Assembly (NCBI GenBank): GCA_963978095.1
Contig: CAXBQP010000002.1
Location: 81,733-145,732 of the forward strand
Direction: 5' to 3'
DNA from: an uncultured bacterium
GTDB taxonomy: Bacteria; Gemmatimonadota; Gemmatimonadetes; Gemmatimonadales; Gemmatimonadaceae
DNA length: 64,000 bases
Under the pieces are notes generated by a model. It did no database searches, was not told the origin of the DNA, and was given only the letters and a program-made list of their open reading frames with translations. The position numbers and the translations under genes are program-made. Positions within the stretch are counted from its first letter, which is position 1; every line of letters begins with the position of its first letter. This document shows positions 36,453 to 48,117 of the stretch, in pieces.

Positions 36453-37643
36453 GTGACCGCTCCTGCCGTATCGTCACGCGATGCCGGGACGCCCGTCACG
36501 GCCCCCCGGGGTGCGCGCGTGACCCTGACGTCGTTGGCCCTGCGCGATTTCCGGAACATCGCCGCGGCGGAGCTGCGGTTTCCCGCCGACGGGGTCGCCA
36601 TCATCGGCGAGAATGGACACGGCAAGACGAACCTGCTCGAGGCGATCGCCTACCTGGAACTGCTCCGTTCGACGCGCGGGGCGCGGGACCGCGACCTGAT
36701 CCGCTTCGGTGCGACGGGCTTCCATATCGGCGCGACGATGGACGGCGCATCGGCGCAAGCCTGTGGCGCCGGCTCCGATCGTGCGGGGCGCAAGAAGGTG
36801 ACGCTCGACGGCGTCGAGATCACCCGACTCACCGATGCGCTCGGCGCGTTGCCATCGGTCGGGTTCTCACCCGCCGACGTCGTTCTCGTCGCAGGGGCCC
36901 CCGCCGAACGCCGACGCTACCTCGACATCGTCCTCGCGCTGACCTCCGCCCCCTATCTGCAGGCGCTTCGGCAGTATCGAGCGGCGCTCGCGCGTCGCAA
37001 CGCCACGCTCCGCGACGCGGCCCGCAGTCCGGCCCGCCGTGCAGCGGCCGCGGCGTCGGTCGCGGCATGGGAGCCGATGCTTGCGCAACATGGCGCCGTG
37101 CTCGTTCACGAGCGGCGCGCGTGGATTGCGGCGCAGGCGGACGAGTTCGCGCGCCTCGTTCACGCCATCGGCGAACGCGCGCCGATGACGCTCGCGTACG
37201 GGTCGTCGCTCGCCGAGGCCTCCGACCTCCGCGGCGCACTCGCCGACGCCCTCCACCGGGGACGCGAGCACGACATTCGCCGCGGGCTCACGCACGCCGG
37301 CCCGCATCGTGACGATCTCGCGATCGCCCTCGACGGCCGTGACCTGCGCTCTGTCGGCTCCGCGGGTCAACAACGCACCGCCGCCATCGCGCTGCGGCTG
37401 TTGGAGGCCGCCACCCTCAGGACACGCGGCGCGCAGCCCCTGCTGCTGCTCGATGATCCGTTCGCCGAACTCGATCGGCGGCGCACCGAGCGCGTCCTCT
37501 CGCTGATCGACGCGGCATCCGCGCACGGGCTCGGCCAGACCGTGCTGTGCGTTCCGCGCGAAGAGGAGATCCCCGACGGCTTCACCCGCCTCGAACGGTG
37601 GCGCGTGGTCGACGGCATCTTCACCCCCGTGCGCGCCGCATGA
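36453..37643 (+). CDS. recF: DNA replication/repair protein RecF
   Basis: DFRN, GENGHGKTNLLEAI, RRRYLD, GPHRDDL, SAGQQR, LLLDD. Confidence 0.95.
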   Translation: MTAPAVSSRDAGTPVTAPRGARVTLTSLALRDFRNIAAAELRFPADGVAIIGENGHGKTNLLEAIAYLELLRSTRGARDRDLIRFGATGFHIGATMDGASAQACGAGSDRAGRKKVTLDGVEITRLTDALGALPSVGFSPADVVLVAGAPAERRRYLDIVLALTSAPYLQALRQYRAALARRNATLRDAARSPARRAAAAASVAAWEPMLAQHGAVLVHERRAWIAAQADEFARLVHAIGERAPMTLAYGSSLAEASDLRGALADALHRGREHDIRRGLTHAGPHRDDLAIALDGRDLRSVGSAGQQRTAAIALRLLEAATLRTRGAQPLLLLDDPFAELDRRRTERVLSLIDAASAHGLGQTVLCVPREEEIPDGFTRLERWRVVDGIFTPVRAA

Positions 37644-37650
37644 GCCCGCG

Positions 37651-37965
37651 ATGAGCGACGCGCGCCCCAAGCGCACACCGAGCAGCATCGGCGACGCGCT
37701 GGCCAGCTTCCTGAAGGAGAGCGGGCTTGACGGCCGCGTTGGACGCGCGCGCGTGCTGGTCGACTGGCCGACGATCGTCGGCCCCCAGATCGCCGGGGTG
37801 ACGGCGCCGCGCATGCTCACGGAGGACGGCACGTTGTTCGTCGGCGTCAAGACGCACGGATGGATGCAGGAACTGTCGATGATGGAGCGCACGCTGGTCG
37901 CCAAAATCAACGCGCGTCCGGGGCCGGCGGCGGTCACGCGCATTCGGTGGGAGCTCCTCCCCTGA
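37651..37965 (+). CDS. DUF721/DciA family protein
   Basis: WPTIVGPQIA...LFVGV...WMQEL; position between recF and gyrB. Confidence 0.85.
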   Translation: MSDARPKRTPSSIGDALASFLKESGLDGRVGRARVLVDWPTIVGPQIAGVTAPRMLTEDGTLFVGVKTHGWMQELSMMERTLVAKINARPGPAAVTRIRWELLP

Positions 37966-38064
37966 GCGGGAGGACGAACGGCCGGTAAGTCCTTGGGGGA
38001 CGGCTCTTTGCGGGCTGTTGGCACGGCGGCGACGGCGATTGCGCACGTGCGTTCCGATGTCTAA

Positions 38065-40110
<2,046 letters not shown>

Positions 40111-40148
40111 GCACGGCCGGCGACGGTCGGCTCCAGGGGAGATGCAAC

Positions 40149-40185
40149 AAGACCACGCCGCGCGCTGGAGCGCCGGCGTGGTCTT
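40149..40185. terminator. Intrinsic (possibly bidirectional) terminator after gyrB
   Basis: 12-bp inverted repeat AAGACCACGCCG...CGGCGTGGTCTT between convergent genes. Confidence 0.7.
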
Positions 40186-40197
40186 TGCGTTCGACGG

Positions 40198-40449
40198 TTA
40201 GTGCATCGGCTTCGCGCCGCTCTTCAGATCGCGGGCGAAGGCTACGTGCGCTCCGGCGAGGATCGTCACGGGCACGGCCATGGCGATGGCCAGCACGGTC
40301 CACAACAGCGGCGTGATCCCGCCCGTCGCGCCCGGCGCTCCGCTGGTCGCGGTTGGGCGCCACACGAACAACAGCAGTGCGTAGAGCGCGACAATCCCGC
40401 CAGCCATCGTCATCGCGCCTTGCGCTGCCATCTTCTCGAACTTCTCCAT
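40198..40449 (-). CDS. Small hypothetical membrane protein (2 TM)
   Basis: MEKFEKMAAQG... with two hydrophobic segments; GGAG SD upstream. Confidence 0.6.
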   Translation of the reverse strand: MEKFEKMAAQGAMTMAGGIVALYALLLFVWRPTATSGAPGATGGITPLLWTVLAIAMAVPVTILAGAHVAFARDLKSGAKPMH

Positions 40450-40516
40450 CGTGCGCGCTCCCTGTATTTCCAGTTCCGGAGGCCGGATCCCCTGATTCGG
40501 CCGTATCCTCATGAAT

Positions 40517-41848
40517 CTAGGCGAGCTGTTCCACTCCGCCAGTCGTAATGCGGTGCGAAATCAACGGCCGGGGATGGACAGGGGTTGGACCAATCACCAC
40601 CGCGCCCGCCAACGCGGCCCGCCCTGCCTCCGCACACTCCGTGTCCCGCGCCTCGATGATCGCCAGCGTGTCGCCAGTCCGCACCGTGTCGCCCGGCCGC
40701 GTGGTGATGCGAAAGCCCACCGCAGGATCGACCACATCGGCCATCGTGGTGCGCCCACCCCCCATGGCGGTGATGCCTCTGCCGATCGCGCGCGGTTCGA
40801 CGCGTTGGACGACGCCATCGCTCTCGGCGAGGAACGGGAGGCGCAGCGCGGGCTGTGGCAGCAGCGCGGTCGGATCGTCGCAGACCTGCGGGTCACCACC
40901 CTGCGCGGCGACGATGGCGCGGAACCGTTCGAGCGCCGCGCCGGAGTCCACGGCATCCCGCGCGCGGCCATAGCCGGCCTCACGGGTGGCGTCGGCGCCG
41001 CCGAGCACCAGCATCTCCGCGGCCATGCGCAGCGTCAGCTCCCGCAGGTCGGCCGGGCCTCTCCCCTTGAGCAGGTCGATGGCTTCTGCGACCTCGTTGG
41101 CGTTGCCACAGGCCTCACCCAGCGGCGCATCCATGTTGGTGAGCAGTGCCACGACGGGGACGCCGTGGCGCGCGCCGAGCGCGATCATGGTCTCTGCGAG
41201 CGTGATCGCGTCGTCGAGGTCGGGCATGAACGAACCGGCCCCAGTCTTCACGTCGAGCACGAGTCCCGTCAGCGACTCCGCCATCTTCTTGCTCATGATG
41301 GACGCCGAGATCAGCGGGATGCTCTCGACCGTCGCCGTGGCATCGCGCAGGGCATACAGCACACGATCCGCCGGCGCGATCTCCGCGGATTGCCCGATCA
41401 GCGCGCAGTGAAGTCGCTCGAGCTGCCGCGTGGCGTCGGCCAACGGGATCCGGGTGCGGAATCCGGGGATCGATTCGAGCTTGTCGAGCGTGCCGCCGGT
41501 GTGGCCAAGGCCGCGCCCGGACATCATGGGGACGGCGACGCCGCACGAAGCGACAATCGGCGCGAGCGCGATCGAGACTTTGTCGCCCACGCCGCCGGTG
41601 CTGTGCTTGTCCACGCGGCCCACCGGCAAATGGCGCAGGTCGAGCGATCGGCCGCTGGCGAGCATGCCGTCCATGAGGGCCGTGGTTTCGCGCGCAGTCA
41701 GCCCCCGGAAATAGATTGCCATGAGCAGCGCCGACACTTGATAGTCGGCCAAAGTTCCCGCGGCCAGCGCGCGCGTGAACGCGTGCCACTCGGCGGCGGG
41801 AATCTCTCCGCCGTCACGCTTGCATTCAATGAGGTCGCGAAGCGTCAT
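40517..41848 (-). CDS. Thymidine/pyrimidine-nucleoside phosphorylase
   Basis: KRDG, DKHSTGGVGDK, MSGRGLGHTGGTLDKLES, ASIMSKK. Confidence 0.95.
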   Translation of the reverse strand: MTLRDLIECKRDGGEIPAAEWHAFTRALAAGTLADYQVSALLMAIYFRGLTARETTALMDGMLASGRSLDLRHLPVGRVDKHSTGGVGDKVSIALAPIVASCGVAVPMMSGRGLGHTGGTLDKLESIPGFRTRIPLADATRQLERLHCALIGQSAEIAPADRVLYALRDATATVESIPLISASIMSKKMAESLTGLVLDVKTGAGSFMPDLDDAITLAETMIALGARHGVPVVALLTNMDAPLGEACGNANEVAEAIDLLKGRGPADLRELTLRMAAEMLVLGGADATREAGYGRARDAVDSGAALERFRAIVAAQGGDPQVCDDPTALLPQPALRLPFLAESDGVVQRVEPRAIGRGITAMGGGRTTMADVVDPAVGFRITTRPGDTVRTGDTLAIIEARDTECAEAGRAALAGAVVIGPTPVHPRPLISHRITTGGVEQLA

Positions 41849-41914
41849 TGACCCCGTCCGCGGGGATGGCGAACGTTATCAGAGGGTGCTGGGCTTCTTC
41901 CGTGACGGTGGCGC

Positions 41915-42703
41915 ATGACCTTGGGTCGGCAGTTGACAGCAGTCGTCTGGTGCATGATCGCGGTCGCGGCATCGGCAGCGACCGCGCATCCGGCGTGGTC
42001 GCAAACCACTGCGCGTGAGCAGATCGCGCTCGGCGACCACGAGTACACGCTCCGCAAGGTACCCGCGGCACTGGAGCGGTATCGCGCGGCGCTCCAAGCG
42101 GAACCTAAGAACTACGACGCGCTCTGGAAAGCGTCACGCGCCGAGGTGGATCTCGCCGAGTCGTACGGCAAGGGAAAAGCGCAGGACGACGCCCTCACCC
42201 GGGCGGAAGCCTTCGGCCGCCGCGCAGCGGAGGTGAATCCCCTTGGCACGGAAGGGCATTTCGCGCTGGCACGCGCCGCGGGACGCCGTGCGCTGAGCGT
42301 CAGTGCGCGCGACCGCATCAAGTTCGCCGACCTGGTGCGCACCGAGGCGCTGGCGTCCCTCCGCGGTGATTCCCTCAACGCGGGGGCGTTGCACGTGCTC
42401 GGGATGTGGCATGCCGAAGTCATGCGCACCGACGTGATCTCCCGCACTCTGGCGCGTGCGTTCTTCAAGACGGACATGTTCAAGGTGGCGAGCTGGAACG
42501 AAGCGCAGCGACTCATGGAGCGGGCGGTGGCGTTGGACCCCGACCGGCTGGTGCACCGCATGGATTTGGCCGCGATCTACGCCGACCGCGGACTGAAGGC
42601 AAAAGCGCGTGCCACGTATGAGGCCGTACTGGCCGCACCGGTCCGCGAGTTCAATGATGAGGTGTACCAGCGACTCGCCGCCGATCGGCTGCGGAAACTG
42701 TGA
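41915..42703 (+). CDS. Exported TPR-like alpha-helical protein
   Basis: Signal peptide-like N-terminus; YDALWKASR, ALHVLGMWH, ERAVALDP. Confidence 0.7.
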   Translation: MTLGRQLTAVVWCMIAVAASAATAHPAWSQTTAREQIALGDHEYTLRKVPAALERYRAALQAEPKNYDALWKASRAEVDLAESYGKGKAQDDALTRAEAFGRRAAEVNPLGTEGHFALARAAGRRALSVSARDRIKFADLVRTEALASLRGDSLNAGALHVLGMWHAEVMRTDVISRTLARAFFKTDMFKVASWNEAQRLMERAVALDPDRLVHRMDLAAIYADRGLKAKARATYEAVLAAPVREFNDEVYQRLAADRLRKL

Positions 42704-44721
42704 CCGCCGCCGCGCGCGCCGCCGAACTTCGTGAGCGCCTCGAGCGGGCGTCGCACGAGTACTATGTGCTGGACCGCCCGACGCTGTCGGACCGCGACTA
42801 CGACCTGCTGTTCCGGGAGCTGCAGGCGATCGAGCGCGACCACCCGGAACTGCGCACGCTCGACTCCCCCACGATGCGCGTGGGCGCGGAGCCGGCGACC
42901 AGCTTCGCGAAGCACGCGCATCTCGTGCCGATGATATCGCTCGACAACGCCTTCAGCGATGCCGAGGTCGAGGATTGGGATGGTCGCGCCGTGAAGATCG
43001 TGAGCGGGGCGGTCGCCGCCGACGGCTATTGCACCGAGCTCAAGATCGATGGCGCAGCGGTGAGTCTCACGTATCGCGACGGCGTGTTCGTGACGGGGGC
43101 CACGCGCGGCAACGGAACGGTCGGCGAGGACGTCACGGCGAATCTGCGCACGATCCGCGGCATACCGCTCCGCCTCCAGGGGAGCGGACACCCGCCGGTC
43201 ATCGAGATCCGCGGCGAGGTGTACTTCCCATTCGACGGATTCGAGCAGCTCAACGAAGAGCGCGCGAAAGCCGGGGAGCCCGTCTTCGCCAACCCGCGCA
43301 ACAGTGCCGCCGGCTCGCTCCGGCAACAGGATCCGGCGATCACCGCCGCTCGTCCCCTGCGTTTCTTCGGCTACGCGTTTGCCGTCCCGGGCAGCGCCAC
43401 GCTGCCGTTCCGCACGCAATGGGAGCTGCTCGAGACGCTCGCGGCTTGGGGCATCCCCGTGGCGCCGCACCGCAAGCGCTGCGCGACGCTCGCCGAGGTG
43501 CATGCGCACGCGCATGAAGTGGAGTCCACCACGCGTGCCGCGCTGAACTTCGGGATCGACGGATTGGTCGTAAAGGTGAACGCCCTGGCGCTGCAGGGTG
43601 AACTCGGAGTCGTCGGCGGCCGGGTCCCGCGCTGGGCAATCGCGCGGAAGTTCGCGCCCGACATCGCCGAGACGCGGCTCGTGGCCATCGAAGTCAATGT
43701 CGGCCGGACCGGGAAGATCAATCCGTACGCCGTGCTCGAGCCGGTCGAGGTCGGGGGGACGACGGTCCGCTATGCCACGCTGCACAACTTCGAGTTGATC
43801 ACCCAGAAGGACCTGCGGGTCGGTGACGTGGTGTTGCTGAAGCGCGCCGGCGAGGTCATTCCGCAGATCATCGGACCGGTCCCCGAGAAGCGCGATCCCG
43901 CGAATCCCCCCGCACGCACGGCGTTCCCGGAGGTCTGTCCGTCGTGCGGCGAGGAGGTGCGTCGCGACGAGAAGGACATCTTCTGCGAGAACGACCGATG
44001 CCCGGGACGCCGCCTCGAGGCCTTGGTCCACTTCGCCTCGCGCGGCGCGATGGATATCGACGGCCTCAGCACCGCGCGCATCGAGCAGTTGGTGGAGAGC
44101 GGGTTGGTCCACGACTCGGCCGACCTCTACCAGCTCACCGCTGCGCAAGTATCGGAACTCGAGCGGTTCGCGGCCAAAAGTGCCCAAGCGCTCGTCGAGG
44201 CGATTGCCGCCTCCAAGCAGCAACCGCTCTCACGACTCCTCTTCGGACTGGGGATCCGTCATGTCGGGGCGGAGGCGGCGCAGTTGCTGGCGCGACAGTT
44301 CGGCACGTTGGATGAACTGTCCGCGGCGGCCATGCCGGGACCGGACGCCATCGAGGCGGTCCACGGCATCGGGCCGATCATCGCGGCGTCCGTCCATGAC
44401 TATTTCGCGGACACGCACGTTCAGCGGTTGCTCGAGAGACTCAAAGCCGTCGGCATCAACACCGTCGAACCGCAAAAAGCGGAAGTGTCATCGGTGTTCA
44501 AGGGGCTGACCGTGGTCGTCACCGGCACGCTCCCGACGCTGAGTCGCAATGAAGCCAAGGAGCTGATTCAGTCCGCCGGCGGCAAGGTGACCGACTCCGT
44601 CTCCAAGGCCACCAGCCTGTTGGTCGTCGGCGCCGACGCGGGCAGCAAGCTCGACAAGGCGCGGGCGCTCGGCACCGAGGTGATCGACGAGGCCGAACTC
44701 TTGCGCCGGATCGGGCGCTGA
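42700..44721 (+). CDS. ligA: NAD-dependent DNA ligase
   Basis: ELKIDG, TRGNG, EIRGE, NPRN, GRTG, Zn finger, BRCT domain (GSKLDKA). Confidence 0.98.
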   Translation: MTAAARAAELRERLERASHEYYVLDRPTLSDRDYDLLFRELQAIERDHPELRTLDSPTMRVGAEPATSFAKHAHLVPMISLDNAFSDAEVEDWDGRAVKIVSGAVAADGYCTELKIDGAAVSLTYRDGVFVTGATRGNGTVGEDVTANLRTIRGIPLRLQGSGHPPVIEIRGEVYFPFDGFEQLNEERAKAGEPVFANPRNSAAGSLRQQDPAITAARPLRFFGYAFAVPGSATLPFRTQWELLETLAAWGIPVAPHRKRCATLAEVHAHAHEVESTTRAALNFGIDGLVVKVNALALQGELGVVGGRVPRWAIARKFAPDIAETRLVAIEVNVGRTGKINPYAVLEPVEVGGTTVRYATLHNFELITQKDLRVGDVVLLKRAGEVIPQIIGPVPEKRDPANPPARTAFPEVCPSCGEEVRRDEKDIFCENDRCPGRRLEALVHFASRGAMDIDGLSTARIEQLVESGLVHDSADLYQLTAAQVSELERFAAKSAQALVEAIAASKQQPLSRLLFGLGIRHVGAEAAQLLARQFGTLDELSAAAMPGPDAIEAVHGIGPIIAASVHDYFADTHVQRLLERLKAVGINTVEPQKAEVSSVFKGLTVVVTGTLPTLSRNEAKELIQSAGGKVTDSVSKATSLLVVGADAGSKLDKARALGTEVIDEAELLRRIGR

Positions 44722-44737
44722 GCCTTTCTTTGAGACC

Positions 44738-45301
44738 GTGACCACTCCGATCGACCTGCCCGCCGACGCACTCGTCGCCGTTCCCCGCGAGGCGCTCCTC
44801 GCCCTGCGCGCGGCGATGCGGCGTGGCGCAGGGGACGCGGCCGCCGCCTGGTTGCAGGCGGGGGGATTCGCGGCAGGGACGGCAGTCTTCGCCGCGTTCG
44901 AGCGCTGGAGTGGGGCCCGAGGCGTGGCCTCCGCCGCGACGCTGGACCTCGAGCAGTTCCGCGACGTGGCGGCCCAGTTCTTCCGCGAGAGCGGCTGGGG
45001 GGAGGTCACGATCTCGGCACTCGATGGGGTGGTCGCGACGGTCGACGCGCCCGACTGGGCAGAGGCCGAGGCCGGGGCCGCGTTGCCACACCCAGGGTGC
45101 CACTACTCGAGCGCGCTCCTCGCCGACTTCTTCGGGCAGGTGGCGGACGCGCCGCTTGCGGCACTCGAGGTCGAGTGCCGATCGAGTGGGGGATCGCGCT
45201 GCCGCTTCCTGATCGGCAGCGAAAGCGTGCTGAATGCGATCTATGACCAGATGGCGACGGGCGTCGCCTACGGGGTCGCGGTTCGCACCGTCGCGAACTA
45301 G
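44738..45301 (+). CDS. Stand-alone V4R (4-vinyl reductase-like) domain protein
   Basis: GWG, GCH, EVECRSSGGSRCRF (C/E/C/C Zn-site pattern). Confidence 0.8.
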   Translation: MTTPIDLPADALVAVPREALLALRAAMRRGAGDAAAAWLQAGGFAAGTAVFAAFERWSGARGVASAATLDLEQFRDVAAQFFRESGWGEVTISALDGVVATVDAPDWAEAEAGAALPHPGCHYSSALLADFFGQVADAPLAALEVECRSSGGSRCRFLIGSESVLNAIYDQMATGVAYGVAVRTVAN

Positions 45302-45816
45302 GTCAACCCCTCGTATTTCGGATTCGGCGACAGTTCGCCGTCCACGAGAATCTCCCGATCCCACGGCAGGACGATCGCGCTCTCGAGGGCGAGCGCGTGG
45401 AAATCCGGGACGAAGCTCCCCGTCTTGAAGCTGACGGCAGTTCGCAACTCCACCGCCCCGGCATTCACGATCGCGGCGATCGCCAGGCGCAACGTGTCGC
45501 CCGAATCACAGGTCTCATCGACGATCAGGACCCGCTTGCCCCGGACATCGGAGGGGGCCTCGCCGAACACCGACGGGGTCGCGCGCACGGTCTCGGTGCG
45601 ATACCGCCGGCTCACCATCATCGAGTGGAATGGCCGGTCGAGAATGGCTGCGACGACCGCCCCTGGCACGACCCCGGCGTTGGCCACCCCGATCACCACC
45701 TCCGGGTCGAACTCCCGGGCGACTTTGAGCGCGAGGGCGCGCGCGAGTTCGCCGAAGACAGGCCAGTCCACGACGAAGGGGTCCTTGTGCGGGCGGGGCG
45801 ACCGGTTGGTGGGCAT
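45298..45816 (-). CDS. Type I phosphoribosyltransferase-family protein
   Basis: VIGVANAG, RVLIVDETCDSGDTL, IVLPW; start ATG 45816. Confidence 0.85.
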   Translation of the reverse strand: MPTNRSPRPHKDPFVVDWPVFGELARALALKVAREFDPEVVIGVANAGVVPGAVVAAILDRPFHSMMVSRRYRTETVRATPSVFGEAPSDVRGKRVLIVDETCDSGDTLRLAIAAIVNAGAVELRTAVSFKTGSFVPDFHALALESAIVLPWDREILVDGELSPNPKYEGLT

Positions 45817-46006
45817 ACCGGAAGCTATGGCCGGCGCGCGCGCACGGGTACTCAGGGGTTCCCTGACCGCCGTCCACGCCTCGTCCAGGTTGCTCGCCTT
45901 CACGAGTCCCCCTAGCTTGTGCCGTTGAGGGGGAGCGGCGCGTCATTGTGTGGGGGAAGTGTCCCCCCGCTGTCCGACCGTCCCCTTGCCCTGCCCCCGC
46001 CCCGCT

Positions 46007-46498
46007 ATGTCCTGGTTGAGCCGCCTGTTCGGTGGCAGCTCCGACTCGAGCCCCAGACCGCAGCGCCTCGACTATCTGTCCGAGGCGCTGGTTTTGGAGC
46101 GCCAGGGGGACTACGACGCCGCGCTCACCTCGTACCGGCTCGCGCTCCGCGACAATCCGAACGACCTGAAGGTCCTCCAGAACATGGCCATCGCCTTCTC
46201 CCGGACTGGGCGTCTGGAAGAAGCGGTGCGCGCCTATCGACGGTCGCTGGAGATCGACCCGACCTTGTCCGGCGCCCACTACGGACTGGCCTTTCTGTTG
46301 ATCAAACGCAACGATGCCGCCGGCGCGGAGAAGCATCTGGCGGCCTTCCTCAGGCAGCCGCCCACCGGCGAGGAAGCCGAGCGCTGGATCCGGCACGCAC
46401 AGTCGACGCTCGATCAACTCCGCCACGAGGCCGGCGACACATCGGGTGGCACAGCCGGTGGCACGGTCGGCGGTGGCACCGCGGCGAGCGAGGGATAG
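46007..46498 (+). CDS. TPR protein
   Basis: MSWLSRLFGG; three TPR-like repeats. Confidence 0.85.
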   Translation: MSWLSRLFGGSSDSSPRPQRLDYLSEALVLERQGDYDAALTSYRLALRDNPNDLKVLQNMAIAFSRTGRLEEAVRAYRRSLEIDPTLSGAHYGLAFLLIKRNDAAGAEKHLAAFLRQPPTGEEAERWIRHAQSTLDQLRHEAGDTSGGTAGGTVGGGTAASEG

Positions 46499-46499
46499 G

Positions 46500-47270
46500 G
46501 TGGGCGCGATTCTCGCCGTGGTGAGTCAGAAAGGGGGAGTTGGCAAGACCACGACCGCCGTCAATCTGGCGGCCGCGTTTGCGCGACGGGGACTCAAGAC
46601 GCTGATCGTCGACGTGGATCCGCAGGGGTCGGTGCGCTTCGGCGCCGGGCTCCGTCAGGGGCACGCGACCGTGGGATTCGCCGACTACCTGCGCGGAGCG
46701 GTCGCGCTCCGCGACGTCATTCTGCCGACCACGCTCCCGTGGCTCCGCGTGATGCTCGTGGGAAGCGTCGCGGACGAGGCGGATCATGCGGAATACGCCA
46801 GTGCCATCGCCGTCGGCGATGTGCTGCCGCAGATGCTGGCGGTGGCGCGCGAGCGGTGCGACATCGTGGTGGTGGACACGCCGCCGGGATTGGGGGCGGC
46901 GAGCCGACGCGTGCTGGAATGCAGCGATCGCGTGCTCGTGCCGCTCCAGTGCGAGCCGCTGGTCCTTCAGACGACTCCGCAGATTCTGCGCGGCATCCAG
47001 AGCGTGGTCGCGACGCACCCTACTTTGGTCTTCGACGGTATCCTCCTCACGATGTTCGAGGAGGGCAACACCGCGTGCGAGCGGACCGCGGCGCACGTGC
47101 GGCAGCACATCCCGGCCAAGCTGCTGTTCGACTTCACCATCCCGCGGAGCGCGGCGGTCAGCGATGCGTTCTCCGCCGGCGTTCCGGCCGTCGTGCGGAG
47201 CCCTGCCGACCCGGCCTCGCAGGCGTATGTGAACCTCGCGACACGACTCGCCGCGCGGTTCCGTCCGTGA
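46500..47270 (+). CDS. ParA/Soj family ATPase (no adjacent parB)
   Basis: SQKGGVGKTTT, VDVDPQG, DTPP, PLQCE, GILLTM; GTG start. Confidence 0.92.
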   Translation: MGAILAVVSQKGGVGKTTTAVNLAAAFARRGLKTLIVDVDPQGSVRFGAGLRQGHATVGFADYLRGAVALRDVILPTTLPWLRVMLVGSVADEADHAEYASAIAVGDVLPQMLAVARERCDIVVVDTPPGLGAASRRVLECSDRVLVPLQCEPLVLQTTPQILRGIQSVVATHPTLVFDGILLTMFEEGNTACERTAAHVRQHIPAKLLFDFTIPRSAAVSDAFSAGVPAVVRSPADPASQAYVNLATRLAARFRP

Positions 47271-48052
47271 AGCGCGGACGTGTCCTGCCGCTCGGGCTCG
47301 TGCTCGCGGCGGCGATCGGTGCGGGATGCACCACGGTCACCACGGATGTCAGTCGCGCCGTCTCCGTGGAGTTCGACACCGTGGCGTTCCCTGCCATCGT
47401 CACGGGTGACACGCTCCGGGACTCGCTGGGCGTCGTCGCGCCCTTGCATCCGCTCGCGTACAACAGCATCGGCTCGGTGATCAGCGGCGCGTCGTTCAAC
47501 TTCGTCACCTTCGACACTGGGCTGACGATCACGCGCGCGGGGATCGTGACGGCGCAAGGACGCAACGGGACCGTCCGACTCGTGGCCTCGATCAACGGCA
47601 TCCAGAGCGTGCAACGGACGCTGGAAATCACCAGACGGCCCGACACCGTCTACGCCACCAGCAAGCTCCGCGACACCTTGTTCTATGTGCTCCCCGACGT
47701 CCCGGCCACCAACACGCGCACCGGGATCGGGGTGACGCTCGTGAGCGGCGACAGTTCGGGTGGCGTGAGGTTCCCGAAGGGATGGCTCGTGTCGTATCGC
47801 GTCCTGTATCACGGTCGCCCGATGCCCAAAGGGGACACCACCGTGGCGACGCTGCTCACGGAAGGCTCCATCCCCTCGGTCGTCGACACGTCCGATGCCT
47901 CCGGACTGACGGCACGCGGGCTTCGGGTACACCCCGCGGGGTTGATCGGGAACCCGGACTCGGTGATCGTCGAAGCCACGGCACGCTACAAGGGCGCGCA
48001 GGTTCGGGGCTCCCCGGTGCGCTTCGTCCTGATCACGCGACCGAAGAGCTGA
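47267..48052 (+). CDS. Putative lipoprotein with Ig-like beta domains
   Basis: KRGR, then a hydrophobic stretch and lipobox-like IGAG|C; Thr/Val-rich. Confidence 0.7.
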   Translation: MKRGRVLPLGLVLAAAIGAGCTTVTTDVSRAVSVEFDTVAFPAIVTGDTLRDSLGVVAPLHPLAYNSIGSVISGASFNFVTFDTGLTITRAGIVTAQGRNGTVRLVASINGIQSVQRTLEITRRPDTVYATSKLRDTLFYVLPDVPATNTRTGIGVTLVSGDSSGGVRFPKGWLVSYRVLYHGRPMPKGDTTVATLLTEGSIPSVVDTSDASGLTARGLRVHPAGLIGNPDSVIVEATARYKGAQVRGSPVRFVLITRPKS

Positions 48053-48117
48053 CCGGCCCCCCATCAGGTGGCGCGGGTGCTGGCGCCCGTCGCGAGATGC
48101 TGTAGAATCAGCATACC

